This document shows, one piece after another, positions 48,825 to 61,632 of a DNA stretch of 64,000 bases (its first letter is position 1; the number at the start of each line of letters is the position of its first letter). This stretch comes from Dudresnaya verticillata (Eukaryota), in assembly GCA_977862235.1 (NCBI GenBank), contig OZ374560.1, positions 2,046,001-2,110,000 of the forward strand. Reading direction: 5' to 3'. The translations under genes and the position numbers were made by a program. Below the pieces are notes generated by a model. That model was not told the origin of the DNA. It ran no database searches and was given only the letters and a program-made list of their open reading frames with translations.

Positions 48825-51158
48825 CATTTCTCGATCTTGCGTCCAAGTCCTTTTCAGATCAGGACACGATGCTGATGTGCGAACCGGTGAAAATGGTGCC
48901 CCTATTTCTTATCCCGAGAATGCGTCCTTGGGACGAGCTACGCTGCCTGCACCGACACCGAATTGCATGAGATGATTACAGATTCGTAGCCAAGTTTGCG
49001 TGCAACGGAAAAGAAAGTTGATTTTGAGCAATCTTAGCCTAGGAGTGAGATTGTTACTTTGGTTGCGGCGGTTCAAGAAAGCGGCTTCGACATAGCAATG
49101 AACAGGAGAATTTGTAACGCGAGATGCCCGGGATTGCCATGTCTGTTCTGAAGATCGAAAGCGCGTAGGTTGGGATCATTAATGTAAGAGTGAAATTCTG
49201 TGGCGACGAAGTAGTTGTCGAGTTCTTCCGTAAAGAAAAGAAGCGCCCCGATGAGAATGACAGTAATAGATACGGTAGCTGCCCGGGGATCAGGATGAGT
49301 ATTTTCGTTAGAAGCTGGGCGATGAAACAAGGTCACCCCCGTCCCATGTCCGTGATAGTGTGATGGGAAGAAATGGTAGGACGCCCGACATTTATTCAAC
49401 ATCAACGGTCGCTGAGCGGCGAGAGTTAGATCACTGCCTCGACGCGCCCTTTCAAAATTACTACGTGCAGCAGATCCTGTGGCAGCTACAACGGGATGTG
49501 CAATATTTCAAGGACGTACAACACCGCTGCCGTGTAGACGAAGAATGTCTCTTCCGAGACCTCAACGCACCGCATGGTGCCACATGTTATTACCAAAGAG
49601 CGCTAGCATGATTCTGCTTCCTATTGAGATAGAAGAACCGTGCCAATGCTAATGTACATGGTAACGTGGCTTCCCCCATCCGTTCAAGACCATCCTGGTA
49701 CATTTTTCTGGGACAAGACCCGCAAAGAATTCTCGAGCTGTCACCTTACGAGAAATTGATTTTGTGGGACTGGCGGTCCCCGAAACAACCACTGTTCCAA
49801 TCTGCTCGGCATTAAATTAAGGCACAGCAACCTAATATGCTCCAACATTCCTGACGTTTCAAACTCCGCAGGAGTGCTTGATTGCAATAGCACACTACCG
49901 GGAGGCCGTGATTGTGGCAGACTCCTTCCGAGAAAAACATTTTATCCGAAACGCTGATATCTTGGGCCCTACGCATTTACAACTACTTGGTGTTCGTTTT
50001 TCTGGTCAGCTCGACATTATTCTTAGCAAGCGTATCATATACAGTCGTACTCTCGGTAGATGAAGCCAGTTCGTAGCTTTACCAGAACAGCTACAGCTAA
50101 GAACAGACGGTAATTTCGAAGTTAGAATGCATTGATCTGCAGGGGTGCTGTGCTGGTTTAGTGACGCAATTTTCCATTACGATCAACCACTTCCGATTTA
50201 AGCTTTTCCTCTAACACAGAGCGCAACGAGAAGTCCAATGTATCCTCAAACAGTCAACAGTTGTGACTCAACATGGGGCGTGCTGCCATGTCGCAGGATA
50301 ATCGGCTTTACGTTCTGAGCTTCCACGCAATGGAAGACAAGAGCAGTACCAAGCTACTCTACCCAGCAAGTCCTTCCTCAATACTCAGTTACATAGCGAC
50401 CAATATCCCGCAGTACCTGGTTGGCACCGGGTCCCTTGAACAAAAGATCCACTCCTTGCTGGTCCTTGCATGCCCTGGATGCCTGGAATGTCTCGCGTTG
50501 TCTATCGTCATTGGCTGTAAGCAACCACGAGATTTATCTTGCAACAATTGCTCCCTCAAGTTGCAGAGTGGTCTAGATAAAACCTGAGTTGGCAACCAAA
50601 GGTGCCCTCCCTCTTCTCTCATGGAAGGCCCAACACGTCGTTCCGCAGCGCTTAGTCGTGTCGGGCTCGCGGGGCTAGCAGAGCTTTGCAGAGAATTCCG
50701 CCTCCACCCCTTCTGGCGGACAATCGTCCCTGTGCTCCGCAATCCACATCCTGTCCAGCAGCTGAGTTCTGAAAGTCTAAAGCAGTAACAAGTGCTGTGC
50801 GTCCTCAATCGGGACTCACACGAATATGACCTCAGCCAAATTCGTGAGTATCCAAATGAAGTAGTTCCCATTTTTTGCCTTTGTGGAAGCTTTGATGTCC
50901 AGAACAGCATAAATTACCTCACACATTGTGGTGCTGAGAGAGATAGACAAGCAAAACTGCAGAACCGACGCCTCAACTTTTGTCATCTGCGGATAATGTT
51001 CCCCGTCTCTCTTGCAGAAGGTGTATCGCACGCGGAGGACAAACAGCGCTGCAGCTCAAAAGGAAAGTGAGGAAAGACGCAGCAGACGGAATACAGCTAC
51101 AGAAAGAAAAGGAAATAGATCAGGTCGCCAGGTCGTCTCTCCGGATCACCGTTCGGGG

Positions 51159-52874
51159 ATGGCGTCCCCGCCGGCGCTTGTGAGTCTGCCGTCAGCCGTA
51201 CTCTCCGTGATAGCCTCGCACATTGCCGCGAGCCCACCGCCTTGCCCGCACAGCCTGCACTTTGCTTCGCTGAGGAAACTGCACCACACCCTTCCGAATG
51301 ACTTGCTTCAGCCGGCGCTGGCCCACCCCACCCTCACAGCGGCTGTTGTCGACTTGCTGGGCCCGTGCTCCGCGCTGCTCTCGCCGCGCGTCGCGGGAGC
51401 GCTGCTGCCGGAATGGGTCAGAGCACTTGCTGCGCAAGTACGAGGAGTATCCGTCGCCGACACGACCGTAACGTGCGCGGACTACCGCATGCGAAACTAC
51501 GATTCCCAAGCAGCAACGGATAAGATTGCTGTGGAAGACGCGTGCTGCAACGCGTTGCGACTGTTTCAAGGTCTCGCTCGGAGCCCCGTCAAACTCCGTG
51601 TGCTCGATCTGCAGGGCGTTGCGTTTGCGCACTCGTCGGAGCGTGCATGTAAAGATCTAGAGGAATCTCTTGTGGGTGCGCTACAGGCCGCTGCGCCGCA
51701 CCTAGCGCAACTTGCGACCAGGGCGGATAAGGTCTGCGTACGGGCGGTGCGTCGGGTTGTGATGCCCTCGCTGGAGGTTGTTGGTATCACACCTGGGCAG
51801 GAAGGGCATGCGGAAGGCTTGAACGCCATGGAGGCGCACGCGTCGGTTCGAGAGGTTTGGTTCGAGGGCATGGCTCTCGGAGATGACGCATTGTCAGGCG
51901 CGGCGGGGGCACACATTCTGGGACAAGTGGAGCGGGTGCGCGTGTGGACGAGCCGCAACTGCTCGATGACGGTCGTTGAGAGATTCTTCAAATGTCTGCC
52001 TCGGGTGAAGGCAGTTCACTGGTATGGACGACTTGATGAGGCGAATGTGCGTGCCTTGCTGCGTGGATGCCCCAAGTTACAAGAAATCCATATATGGTTG
52101 TGGGACCAGTTTGAGCAGCGCTGGGGGTGCGAACTCCGCGATGAGGCGACAGATGCAGCGGGTGTTGTTACGCTGACGAGGGGGAAACTGCGGGTATTCG
52201 CGAGCACTGTACCGCTGACGACGAAACTTGGAGAGGCGCTCGTTAGGGGTGGAATGGAACTGCGCCACCTCGCCTTGGAGCTCCCACCAGACTGTTTGGC
52301 AAGTTTGGTCATGGTCATGCAAAGGTGCAGGAAGATTCGGCGCCTAGATCTGCAGTACGCTCAAAGTGAGGTTTTGGCTCCCGATGCGTACACTCAAACG
52401 ATGCTGGGTGTGCAGGGCTGGCAGCAGCTGGTTGATGCTGTGGCAGCGGCGTCTGACGAGCTACGCGTGTTCGTGTTGCAGTACCCTGATGAACATGGGC
52501 CCGCAGAGCATGACGAGGTTGCGATGATTGATGCAATGTGCAGAATGTTCGAAACTCTTGGCGATCGTGCCAGGAGGGTGGAGTTTCGGATTCCTATATT
52601 TGTGGATGACTACGGCGTTCTGGTTCCGATACTGACAAGGCTCTTGAATGTGGTATCGGCACACAACGGTAACCTGGAGGAGTTGCGGTTATTTTTCGTG
52701 CAGTGCGATGTGGACTGGGCGTGGCACAATGCGTCAGAGAGGTTGCCGAGAATTGCGAGCCTAGGCGAAGCGATTCAGAAGGTGCGCCGGAAGGCGAAGA
52801 AGCTCTACGTGCTGGACCTGGACCAGGTTGAGATCGACGCGAGACAAGACCCGGAAGCGGAGGAAGAAGATTGA
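51159..52874 (+). CDS. F-box/LRR (RNI-like) protein, paralog 2
   Basis: ATG at 51159; LVSLPSAVLSVI; GCPKLQEIHIW; RCRKIRRLDL; DDYGVLVP; HNGNLEEL. Confidence 0.75.
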   Translation: MASPPALVSLPSAVLSVIASHIAASPPPCPHSLHFASLRKLHHTLPNDLLQPALAHPTLTAAVVDLLGPCSALLSPRVAGALLPEWVRALAAQVRGVSVADTTVTCADYRMRNYDSQAATDKIAVEDACCNALRLFQGLARSPVKLRVLDLQGVAFAHSSERACKDLEESLVGALQAAAPHLAQLATRADKVCVRAVRRVVMPSLEVVGITPGQEGHAEGLNAMEAHASVREVWFEGMALGDDALSGAAGAHILGQVERVRVWTSRNCSMTVVERFFKCLPRVKAVHWYGRLDEANVRALLRGCPKLQEIHIWLWDQFEQRWGCELRDEATDAAGVVTLTRGKLRVFASTVPLTTKLGEALVRGGMELRHLALELPPDCLASLVMVMQRCRKIRRLDLQYAQSEVLAPDAYTQTMLGVQGWQQLVDAVAAASDELRVFVLQYPDEHGPAEHDEVAMIDAMCRMFETLGDRARRVEFRIPIFVDDYGVLVPILTRLLNVVSAHNGNLEELRLFFVQCDVDWAWHNASERLPRIASLGEAIQKVRRKAKKLYVLDLDQVEIDARQDPEAEEED

Positions 52875-53572
52875 TCCGACGCAATCCCCGTTTCCAAGCA
52901 ATACCATGTACAACTAGCAATGGGGATACGCTCAGTCCGCCAACAGACACAGGTGAAGGGACCTGCAAGCGGCAGTTGGAAGGAAGCCAGACGAAAGCGG
53001 GGCGGGTGAGAAGCAGCTGCGGTGGAACGGCGATGACCGGACTGGTCGGCCGGTGTCAATCTGCCAGCGGCAAATCGTGGCGGGCCCTTGCTGCCTTCAG
53101 CGCTGGGAAAGTTGGCAGGGCGTGGCCGTTGGGCGGCGGGAGGGGCTGCCGGCACGGCCTGCGCCCGCACACGTAGACGCGACGCGCAAGGTGAGTCGGC
53201 GACGCGACGCACCTGTGGCCGGTGGTGGTGCGGAGTGGCGGCGTGTCGCGCGGACGGCGCGCGGCATGCGGCGCCGTCAGCGGCGCAGATCGCGCAAATC
53301 GCGGCGCCAATGGCGGCGGCGCGCGTGTACCGCACAAATCGCAATCTCACACTCTCTGCTGCGACGCTGCGACGAATGGCAGTCGCTGTCTGACCGAAGC
53401 AAAAAAAAAGAGAAGAGAACAGCTCCCGACGACTGAAAATGCCCACCGCCGCTTTTCTCCATCACCCCATTGCCTCACCTTCCCGTCACCTTCACCGCGA
53501 CCGCGACTCCCACCGTCCCTCCGTCCGTCCCTCCCGCCGTCCCTTCCACCCTCACTCCCCTCACCACCCCCC

Positions 53573-53584
53573 CACACACGCACA

Positions 53585-53651
<67 letters not shown>

Positions 53652-53657
53652 TCACAC
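53573..53657. repeat. (CA)n microsatellite directly before the ATG of paralog 3
   Basis: Direct reading. Confidence 0.95.
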
Positions 53658-53658
53658 G

Positions 53659-55326
53659 ATGCCCCCGCCCCCGCGCCTAACAGACCTCCCCCCGTCGCTC
53701 CTCTCCCTAATCGCCCAGTCCCTCTCCACCCTCCCGGCGTCCCCGCGCATCCCGGCAACCCTAACCGCGGCCCCACTCGCCCACCAGCCCCTCCCGGAAG
53801 CTCTCCTGCCGCTAGCAACCTCCTCCCCGCACCTGCTCCGCGCAGTGGCCGACGCCCTTGGCCCACGCGCCTCCTACCTCACCGCCCGCTCTGCCGGCGA
53901 AGCCCTCGCGCAGTGGGTGCACGCCCTCTCCCCGTACATCCACGCCCTCTCCCTCCTCACCCCGACCCGCGCCCCGCCGCCCGCTGCCGCCCGCGCTCTC
54001 TCCGCCGCAGCCACCGCCACCCCAAGCCCCCCACTCCGTTCCCTGGAGCTCCCTGTCACCGCCTTCGTCGCCCCCACGGCCGTCTCCGACCTCGATCGCC
54101 TGCTGCTCCGCTCCGCCCGCACCCTTCGTGAGCTCCGTCTGCCCTCCATCCCGCCCGTCTTGCACGCCCTGCATAAGCTCCCGCCCGCCGCCCTGCCCAG
54201 TCTCTCCGTGTTCCACGCCGCGCCGGCAGACCGCGGCTACCCCACGCTCCTGGCCCTCATCGCCCGCGCCTGCCCCGCGCTGTCTGAGCTCCGCTTCGAC
54301 TCGGAGCACGTCACCCATTCCGACCTCGACGGCGCCCTTCCACCCGCCCTCCTCGAAAATGTCACCCGCGTACGTGTTCAGAATTGCGATCAGAGCTCGC
54401 CTGCCATGCTCGCGGACGTCTTCAACTTCTTCCCGGCCCTTGTTGAGCTCCACTGGGACGGCTACGTGTGCGAGGGCAACGTTGCAGCCTTTCTCTCCCG
54501 CTGCCTCAGGCTCAAGGACGTCCATCTCTGGCAGTGGAACGGATTTGATACGCGCTGGGGCCTTGAGCTGCGCCGTTCCGCCCCAGACCAGGCCGCCGCC
54601 GGCATCCGCCTGCTCACTGGCAGGCTACGTACCTTTTGCACCCGCGATCCGCTCACGAAGGACCTCACTGATGCCTTAATCGCCTCCTCGTCGACCTTGA
54701 ACCGCGTGGCGTGCTCTCTCGTTCCGGAATGCCTCCCACACATTAAGAGGCTCTTGCTTGCTTGCCGCGGCATCCGGAGGATTGATCTGCGCTTCCTGAT
54801 CGCCCCATACTTCACCGAACGGGACGTGGAAAAGCAGATGCTGCACGCTGCTGGCTGGTCCGCCCTGGCCGACGCGATCTCTGCCTCCTCAGATGAGCTC
54901 AGCGAGGTCTCCGTGCAGTTTGGTACTGCCGATGGCTATGCCGAGGACGACGAGGATGCGATGGTGGCTGCAATGGCCAGTATTATGAGGTCGCTCGGCG
55001 TCAACGCCAAGATGATCCGCCTGCAGATGCCCATGCTCCTAACCGACTATGGCCAGCTCATGCCGAGGCTGGTCAAGCTTCTCAGCGTTGCTGCAGAGTG
55101 CAACCCCAACTTGGAGCAGCTCGAGCTCAAGTTTTGCATGCGAGACGTGCCTTGGGCGTGGAAGGATGAGGCCATGCGGGAATGCGTTACCGAGCAGCTC
55201 AGCCACGCTATGCGCAAGATGCGTGCTAGCGCCCCTAAGCTGCATCGCCTGGACCTGGACGGTGTCGAGGCACGGTCGGGTGCTGTTGCAGTTGTTGAAG
55301 TGCCCAAGGGGGGTCATGGATGTTGA
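53659..55326 (+). CDS. F-box/LRR (RNI-like) protein, paralog 3
   Basis: ATG at 53659; LTDLPPSLLSLI; ACRGIRRIDL; TDYGQLMP; CNPNLEQL. Confidence 0.75.
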   Translation: MPPPPRLTDLPPSLLSLIAQSLSTLPASPRIPATLTAAPLAHQPLPEALLPLATSSPHLLRAVADALGPRASYLTARSAGEALAQWVHALSPYIHALSLLTPTRAPPPAAARALSAAATATPSPPLRSLELPVTAFVAPTAVSDLDRLLLRSARTLRELRLPSIPPVLHALHKLPPAALPSLSVFHAAPADRGYPTLLALIARACPALSELRFDSEHVTHSDLDGALPPALLENVTRVRVQNCDQSSPAMLADVFNFFPALVELHWDGYVCEGNVAAFLSRCLRLKDVHLWQWNGFDTRWGLELRRSAPDQAAAGIRLLTGRLRTFCTRDPLTKDLTDALIASSSTLNRVACSLVPECLPHIKRLLLACRGIRRIDLRFLIAPYFTERDVEKQMLHAAGWSALADAISASSDELSEVSVQFGTADGYAEDDEDAMVAAMASIMRSLGVNAKMIRLQMPMLLTDYGQLMPRLVKLLSVAAECNPNLEQLELKFCMRDVPWAWKDEAMRECVTEQLSHAMRKMRASAPKLHRLDLDGVEARSGAVAVVEVPKGGHGC

Positions 55327-57406
55327 GTGAGGGTGTGTGACATTGTTTGTATTATGCTGTCGCCCCTCTTTGCATTTGGGAACGGGGTGCGTATTCGTGT
55401 CCAACAAGGTTGGCGATATGTGTACTGGTGTAGCTTTCCTTTTCGTTTTATTACCGTCCTGCTGTTAGAGGAGGCGTCTTCTTACAAGTGAAACTGTTGT
55501 TGAGTTGAAAGCTGGAGCATGTTGTGTCTGCAACACTGGACCCGGGCAGACTCCACCTGTATCTCGCTGTTGTGATTGTTGCGAACGTATTGCAGATAGG
55601 TGATACTGGGGAGGAAGTTGCCGCGTTCTGCTTCCCGTTTCAGCATGTTTGCTAAGCATGCTGGTTGCGATTACGACAGCAGGCGCGTCTTACAAGAATC
55701 GAGAAGCTGTTCAGGATGCTTGAGCGAGCGGCAGATAAACCGAGGATGGCGAGTCCACCGAAGATCGCAATACTTGCGAACTAACAGGGTAATTCGTTTC
55801 GCACTCGGTGATGTGATGGCGTTAGCGGGACAGCACGTTCAATGCCAACCTCAAGTTGTACACCATTTCCTCCGCTCTCGAAATGTCGGGTACTGTGTGC
55901 AACAGCCAACAAGAGTAACACCGGATGCACGGCGGTTCGTGGTAGAGAAGCCCAAATCAAACATGTTTCCTGTTGGTGACGTTGTGACGAGGTCCGCAGC
56001 CGTCCTGCAGGGAATCCAGCCGGGAGCAGGTTTGCTGAGTTCGTGCGTTTCGCGATGTTACGGGCTCGCCTCGCGGTAGGTACTTTCACAGCAGCGCTCC
56101 TTGCCTCGCAGCCGTTCAGCGCACTGTTCCAGACGCTGGTCAACATGCACCGACGTGTTTCGAAGCCCACTGCGACCGCTCAGTAGGCCAGCTCCGGACA
56201 CACTGCGCCCTCCGTGCGATAGATTTTGCCAGTGCCCATGTTTGGATCTGTCGCGTCGATGTGCGGTGATTGCCTTTCGCACGACGGCGATGTTCCAAGC
56301 GCTTGCCTGAAATACATGTGCGACAAGGATGTTACCCATACTGGTTACGACAATAACTGGCACCGGTAAACAAGCCCAAGGCTGTTTCGAAAGGCTGTTC
56401 GAATCCGAGCGCAACAAGCGACTGCAGCACTCGTCCCACTTGCACCCACAAGTACTTCCCATGTCCGCAGCGACCAACACACGCACTGAGCTCGCCGTCC
56501 TCAATTCGACAGGCCGTGAGCGCTACCGAGAGGCAATCCGCACAGCCTCACCTAAGCCACTAGTCCATGTGCCTTCCTACGCGACCCACTTGCTACAAGA
56601 AGTCGTACCGGTTGCACGGAACTGAAACTTGTTCGATGCTGCTTCGCGAGTTTTTCTCGCTGACGCACGCACGCGGACAGTCGGAAAACACACAACGACA
56701 GACTTCTCTTCGTGAACGGCCATCGCGAGAAGGGATAGTTTAATGACCGGACAGGTAGGGGCGGGGTTTCCAGAGCTGACTGGCGGGACGGCGCTTCTGC
56801 CTCGCGCCGCGCTTGCACAAAGAAACGGGAGTCGCACGCTAACACTTTGCGAACGCATTGGCGGGTTATGCTGCTCCGCGGGGGCTGAGAGCAAGCGCAA
56901 GAAGCTGCACTTGACCGTTGTCTTGTTCCTCGGGCGCTGCCCCTCCGTCGCCTCGAGACCAAAAGAGCGCGCCGCAAGTGAGGCGCTGGAGCCACAGCGT
57001 CCCTCATCCAGTACCGCAACGATCAACTGCTTGCACTTATGTGTCCACACTGTTGGCGGAGAGCGCGAGGCGCTGGGCCCCACAATTTGAGCGTGACATG
57101 AGGTTCCAGGTACGGTGGCTCAAGTTCCCAAACCCCTACGACATCAGAGAGACGAGGTCTTCTACTTAACTTGTTGATCTCAACAAGCCTTACTGAACGG
57201 GAATGATGCTCCAACAGCATTTTCTGCCTCCAGCGGGGAATCAGCCTCGAAGACCACCCCGTGCGCAGTGTAACACTGTACCACTGCCAGTGTTCTTACA
57301 AGAGGCTTACCACAGGCTTAACGAATTGCAAGTACCTAAGTAAAACTTCCAAACTCCCACTCTTGTTCGTTTCATCCTCGCAAGCGATTTTCCGACGGCA
57401 TTCCTC

Positions 57407-57408
<2 letters not shown>

Positions 57409-57450
<42 letters not shown>
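57409..57450. repeat. poly-C tract (~42 nt)
   Basis: Direct reading; a second ~25-nt poly-C lies at 60245-60269. Confidence 0.9.
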
Positions 57451-57452
<2 letters not shown>

Positions 57453-58267
57453 TCCAGTTTTCGACGTTGACGGACAACACGCCGCGGTCTTCCCCTTGCG
57501 TGAGGGGACCATCCGTCACCATGACACAGACACAAACTGCGACATCGTCTATCACTGCCTGTTTTCGTGCTGATGCCCACCCACACGGTGGACAGGTGGA
57601 TAATGAACGTGACTTCGGCCATTCTGGAGATTACGTACCACCGCCAGCACGAACGCCCCGTCCGTGCCCTGTGCTCTGCAGAGTCTCAATTATGATCTTC
57701 CCCTCTCTCAAAGCATCGGAATCCGCTCCGATTCATTAAAATTAACACAACACGACTGCAGAGCTAGCATACCAAGGTATAGCTTCAGAAAGTATTCCAA
57801 AAGTAAAGGAGAGAACAACAACCCCCGCGTTTCTAGAGGCAGTTGAAGTGGGAAAGCAGTTGTTCCATTTCTATTCTTGTGGGAAAAGTACACAAGTAGA
57901 TCAGGCCATTGTAAATAGGCCAGCTCTAGGGTGCAATTCCCCATGGCACTGGAGTAGTTCGAAACTCCGACACTTATTGAATCATACAAGGCACTCCCCG
58001 AAATTCACGGGCTTGCACTTACAACTCTTCACACAAAACCGTGATCACCTGATCACCTCATCAAGAATCATGATAAACTTACGGCACAACAAACGAGGTT
58101 TCCGGGCAAATCAGCACACACAGACCGAGGCAAAAGTATACTTAACCCGATGTGTCTGATCGAAATGATAGCCTGCTCCTCTTCCCCATGCCACCTAGAG
58201 AGCACCACAAGATCTGGAATACGCCAAAAAAACAACATTGCCCACGAACACGAAGAACAAAAAGAAA

Positions 58268-59934
58268 TGGCTGACGCACTTCTTCAACAATTGGAACCAG
58301 TAGAACGACAGGTGGAGGCAGAACTGAGAAATGGGAGTACTGACTTATCTGCACTTGTGAGATCGCTCCCTGAAACGTTGAAGGAAGATCTTGTCAAGCA
58401 GTTGTTGGACATTGTTCATAGCAATCCAATGGATGAGGGCTTTCCCTCCGATACATGGCCCTTTGCCGGTCACTCGTATTGGCCAATATTCTGTGCTTTC
58501 TATAATGCATGGAGTTCGAGTGACGTTGATTCATCTTCTTACGATCGAAAGGTTTTCTGCGTTGCATTTGATACTTTGAGGAGTTTGGGACACAGCCTGT
58601 CTCCGGAGGAGCTCTGCAACAAACACTTCAAGGTGAAGGAATGGGATGGAGAGTGTCGTCTCCCAATTGAGATGGATCCGGACCGAGATATCCGAGTAGA
58701 CATGACGGACCATGTCTCTATTGCTATCGATAGCGCCGAAACTCACGATGTAGACGACGCCGTGTTCTGGAATGAATCAGAAAAACGAGTTGTGGTGCAC
58801 ATCGCTGATCCTTTGAGGTACTTTCCGGATGGATTGGAATCGACGAGGGAGGAAACCCCGAACGCAATTCTAGCAAGATCTGTTTTCGAGCAGGTTCAAA
58901 CCGTCTACACTCCCAGGAAAGTTTACGATATTTTCCCACCTTACTTGATACGAAAGTATCTCTCCTTGGACGCGCAACACTTTGATGGCTCTGCGTTAAC
59001 GTTCAGTTTTGAGTTCAATGAACGTCCCTGGATTGAACCAAGCTCAATCCGAGTGCAATTGACGACCATCAACAAGCCAAAGAGGTTGACGTACGAAGAA
59101 GCAACATGCATTGTTGAACGCTTCAGGGCTCACAAAGATCTCTCCAATACGGAACTTGACCTCGCAAAAGTGTTGGATCCTCTCTGTAGACTTGCTGACG
59201 AGCTGAGGGTTGAACGGGAGGTGAGATTGGACTTCCCGCCTAACGTTAAGGTTAAGGTCGAAAACTCTGTCCCCTCCGTTACCGTGCAGGATCGCAACCA
59301 ATTGTCCGCGAGGATGGTTAGTGAGATGATGATTTGGACCAATCATGTTGCCGGGAGGTTTGCTACCATGAATGGAGCTGCCCTGCCCTTCAGAGTGAAG
59401 CAAGAGGGCAAGAGCGTTAGATTCTCTTCTGAAGGGGGCTTACCACATCTTGGTGTCGGCCTTCACTCATACACGAACGCTACTTCTCCGATCAGAAGAA
59501 GTGGGGATCTTGTGGCAATCCATCAACTAAAATGCATCATCCGAGAGGAGAAACCATTCTCAGCTACCGAGGTTGAATCTTTCTTCGAGAGAATGAAAAT
59601 TGCAAAATCTCTGGCAAAGTTTCACGAGAGAAGATTGCGGAACTACTGGATTCTCGAACACCTTCGTCGCAAGGGTGTGCCTCTCCAGCTCACAGGGCAT
59701 TTAGGTGAGAGGTGTATCCGTGGACCATACGGAATCACCATTCCTTTCGTCGTGAGCGATAACTCTGAAAAATGGAAGCCCGGTACGACTGGAAGCAGAG
59801 GCACAGGATGCGGTCCTGTTACCTTCTACGCGACCTCGATTGACCCACGGACTGGGCAAATCGAAGTGGAGGATCTTGAGCGTGTGACTGGATTGGACGT
59901 CGCCTATAAAGACGTCTTGCAATTCCTCTGGTAG
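58268..59934 (+). CDS. RNase II/RNB-family 3'-5' exoribonuclease; start uncertain (ORF is open from 58150)
   Basis: IDSAETHDVDDA catalytic motif, VHIADP, RLTYEEA, MVSEMMI, HLGVGLHSYTNATSPIRRSGDL. Confidence 0.9.
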
Positions 59935-60289
59935 GATCGGATAATGTTTAGTTCTCATTAAAGGCAATCACTCTCCTGGTTAACGCAGGAACATATGTAG
60001 ATACACATAGCATTCGATATTTGTTGCGCATCGCGATTTGCGTGCACATGGAAATTTTCTGTACCGCCCACCCCGAAGTGCTGATACTCACCGAAACCCA
60101 CTCGCCCCCCTTAACCGACCAAAGGCCCCCACAACGCTCCTTTACGCTGCCCGCCACACGTGTCAGCCCATGAGGGCCATTGGCTCGGCGGAGTCTCCAT
60201 CATAACAAGGCCGCGCATTGGAGCATCCTTCCGTTACACATTGTCCCCCCCCCCCCCCCCCCCCCCCCCTACATCCAACCCTATACCAA

Positions 60290-60560
60290 CTCGTATGCGC
60301 TCACGTGCCTGGAATTGGAGATATTGTTGGATGCAATATCAGCCCTCGTGCAGATGGTGCGGCCATCCGCTCCATTCTGTCTCTTGTAAACGAACGTGCT
60401 ACCTGTGCCCCTGTTATGTTCGGGGATACCAATGCGCGCCATCCCTCCTGGTGCTCCACAAGAAACTCTAGGGGCCAATCGATTTTCGACTGGTGCTCCA
60501 CCCGAGCCTACAATGTCTTTGCCCCACACCGTCCTACATTCCATGCCCGAAATGGAAGTG
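60290..60560 (+). pseudogene. non-LTR retrotransposon APE endonuclease fragment
   Basis: MFGDTNARHPSW..NSRG..PTF motif. Confidence 0.75.
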
Positions 60561-60662
60561 TGAAGTCTAAAGCTTTGAAGACAATACCAATTCGTTCTGT
60601 CAGCGCAGAATCCTCGTTCTGGTTCCGCCAGTCATCAATTTCGTTTTCTTCGTCTTCTATGA

Positions 60663-61112
60663 TCACACAAACCGTTTTGAAGCCCTGTACTTCCTCAGAT
60701 GCAGCTTTTTAGACCGTCCGCCAAAACTTCTCCATCCCATCCCCGCATCAACATCTGCGCCATATTCACCGATGTATGGAAACGGCTCTGCGAAGCCGAA
60801 TATTGCCTTGTTGCTATAAAAAAGTAAGACTTCAAGCCTGCGTAATTTTCTGCAGCGTTGCATGACCATTCCAAAGCTTGGAAGGCCGTTTAGCGGGAGC
60901 TGCACAGCAAGATGGCGAAACTGCTGTGCAGAGTTATCGAGGGCCATCCTCAGCTGTAGCACCAGTGCCACTCTGTTTTCAAACTTCAACAGTCTCCACG
61001 CAGCTTTTTGCAAGACCGCAACCGAAACTATTGCACTCCTTCTCGTAGTACAGTGCCATGGGATCTGTGTGAACTTGTCCCATGCCCAAATTTTGACCAC
61101 CTTGCGGAACAT
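60663..61112 (-). pseudogene. fragment of a fourth, inverted F-box/LRR paralog
   Basis: FRHLAVQLP..MVMQRCRKLRRLEV matches LRHLALELP..MVMQRCRKIRRLDL of paralog 2. Confidence 0.75.
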
Positions 61113-61632
61113 CCCAAAGCAATTTGAAGGAACTCTCTAACATTAATTCAATATCAATGTAGTATCAGTAATCAGTTAACGTGTCAACGCTCTGGACACA
61201 AAGCTAAAAGAACACTTTAGCGTCAGTAATCAGTGTCACACGCAAAGATTATCGCGGCAATCAGGAGGAGTAGATGTACGCACTTGAGAAGCATGGAGAA
61301 TTCCACGGGGTATCCTTACCAAGGGTAAGTTTTGCAGGGCGAATAGAATTACCGCGGCTGTGCTTGTCAGCATAATCGAAAAGGCGTTCCTCTTCAACTC
61401 AGGCAGCGTGATTGCGGGAATTTCAGGAGTGTCCTGTAAATGCATATATTTGCAGAGAAAGACCTGATTCTTGAGGGCGGATGCTTCCGAGCTTGAGAAA
61501 ATGTAAACCTCTCCAGAATCACTTAGGAAATTCTGCAACAATAACATCTCGTTTTTTCCAGCCTCGCGCAATGGTGAATAATATTCGTAGGCAATCTGTT
61601 AGGATATTTACTTATTGATACCGGCTTTATAA

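Noticed and set aside
48900..51000. Short ORFs between F-box paralogs 1 and 2
   Set aside because: No recognisable motifs; probably decayed or intergenic sequence.
53470..53658. N-terminal poly-(TH) extension of F-box paralog 3
   Set aside because: Translation of the (CA)n microsatellite; alignment with the paralogs puts the start at 53659.
55400..57300. Overlapping ORFs on both strands
   Set aside because: None shows convincing protein motifs; cannot be supported.
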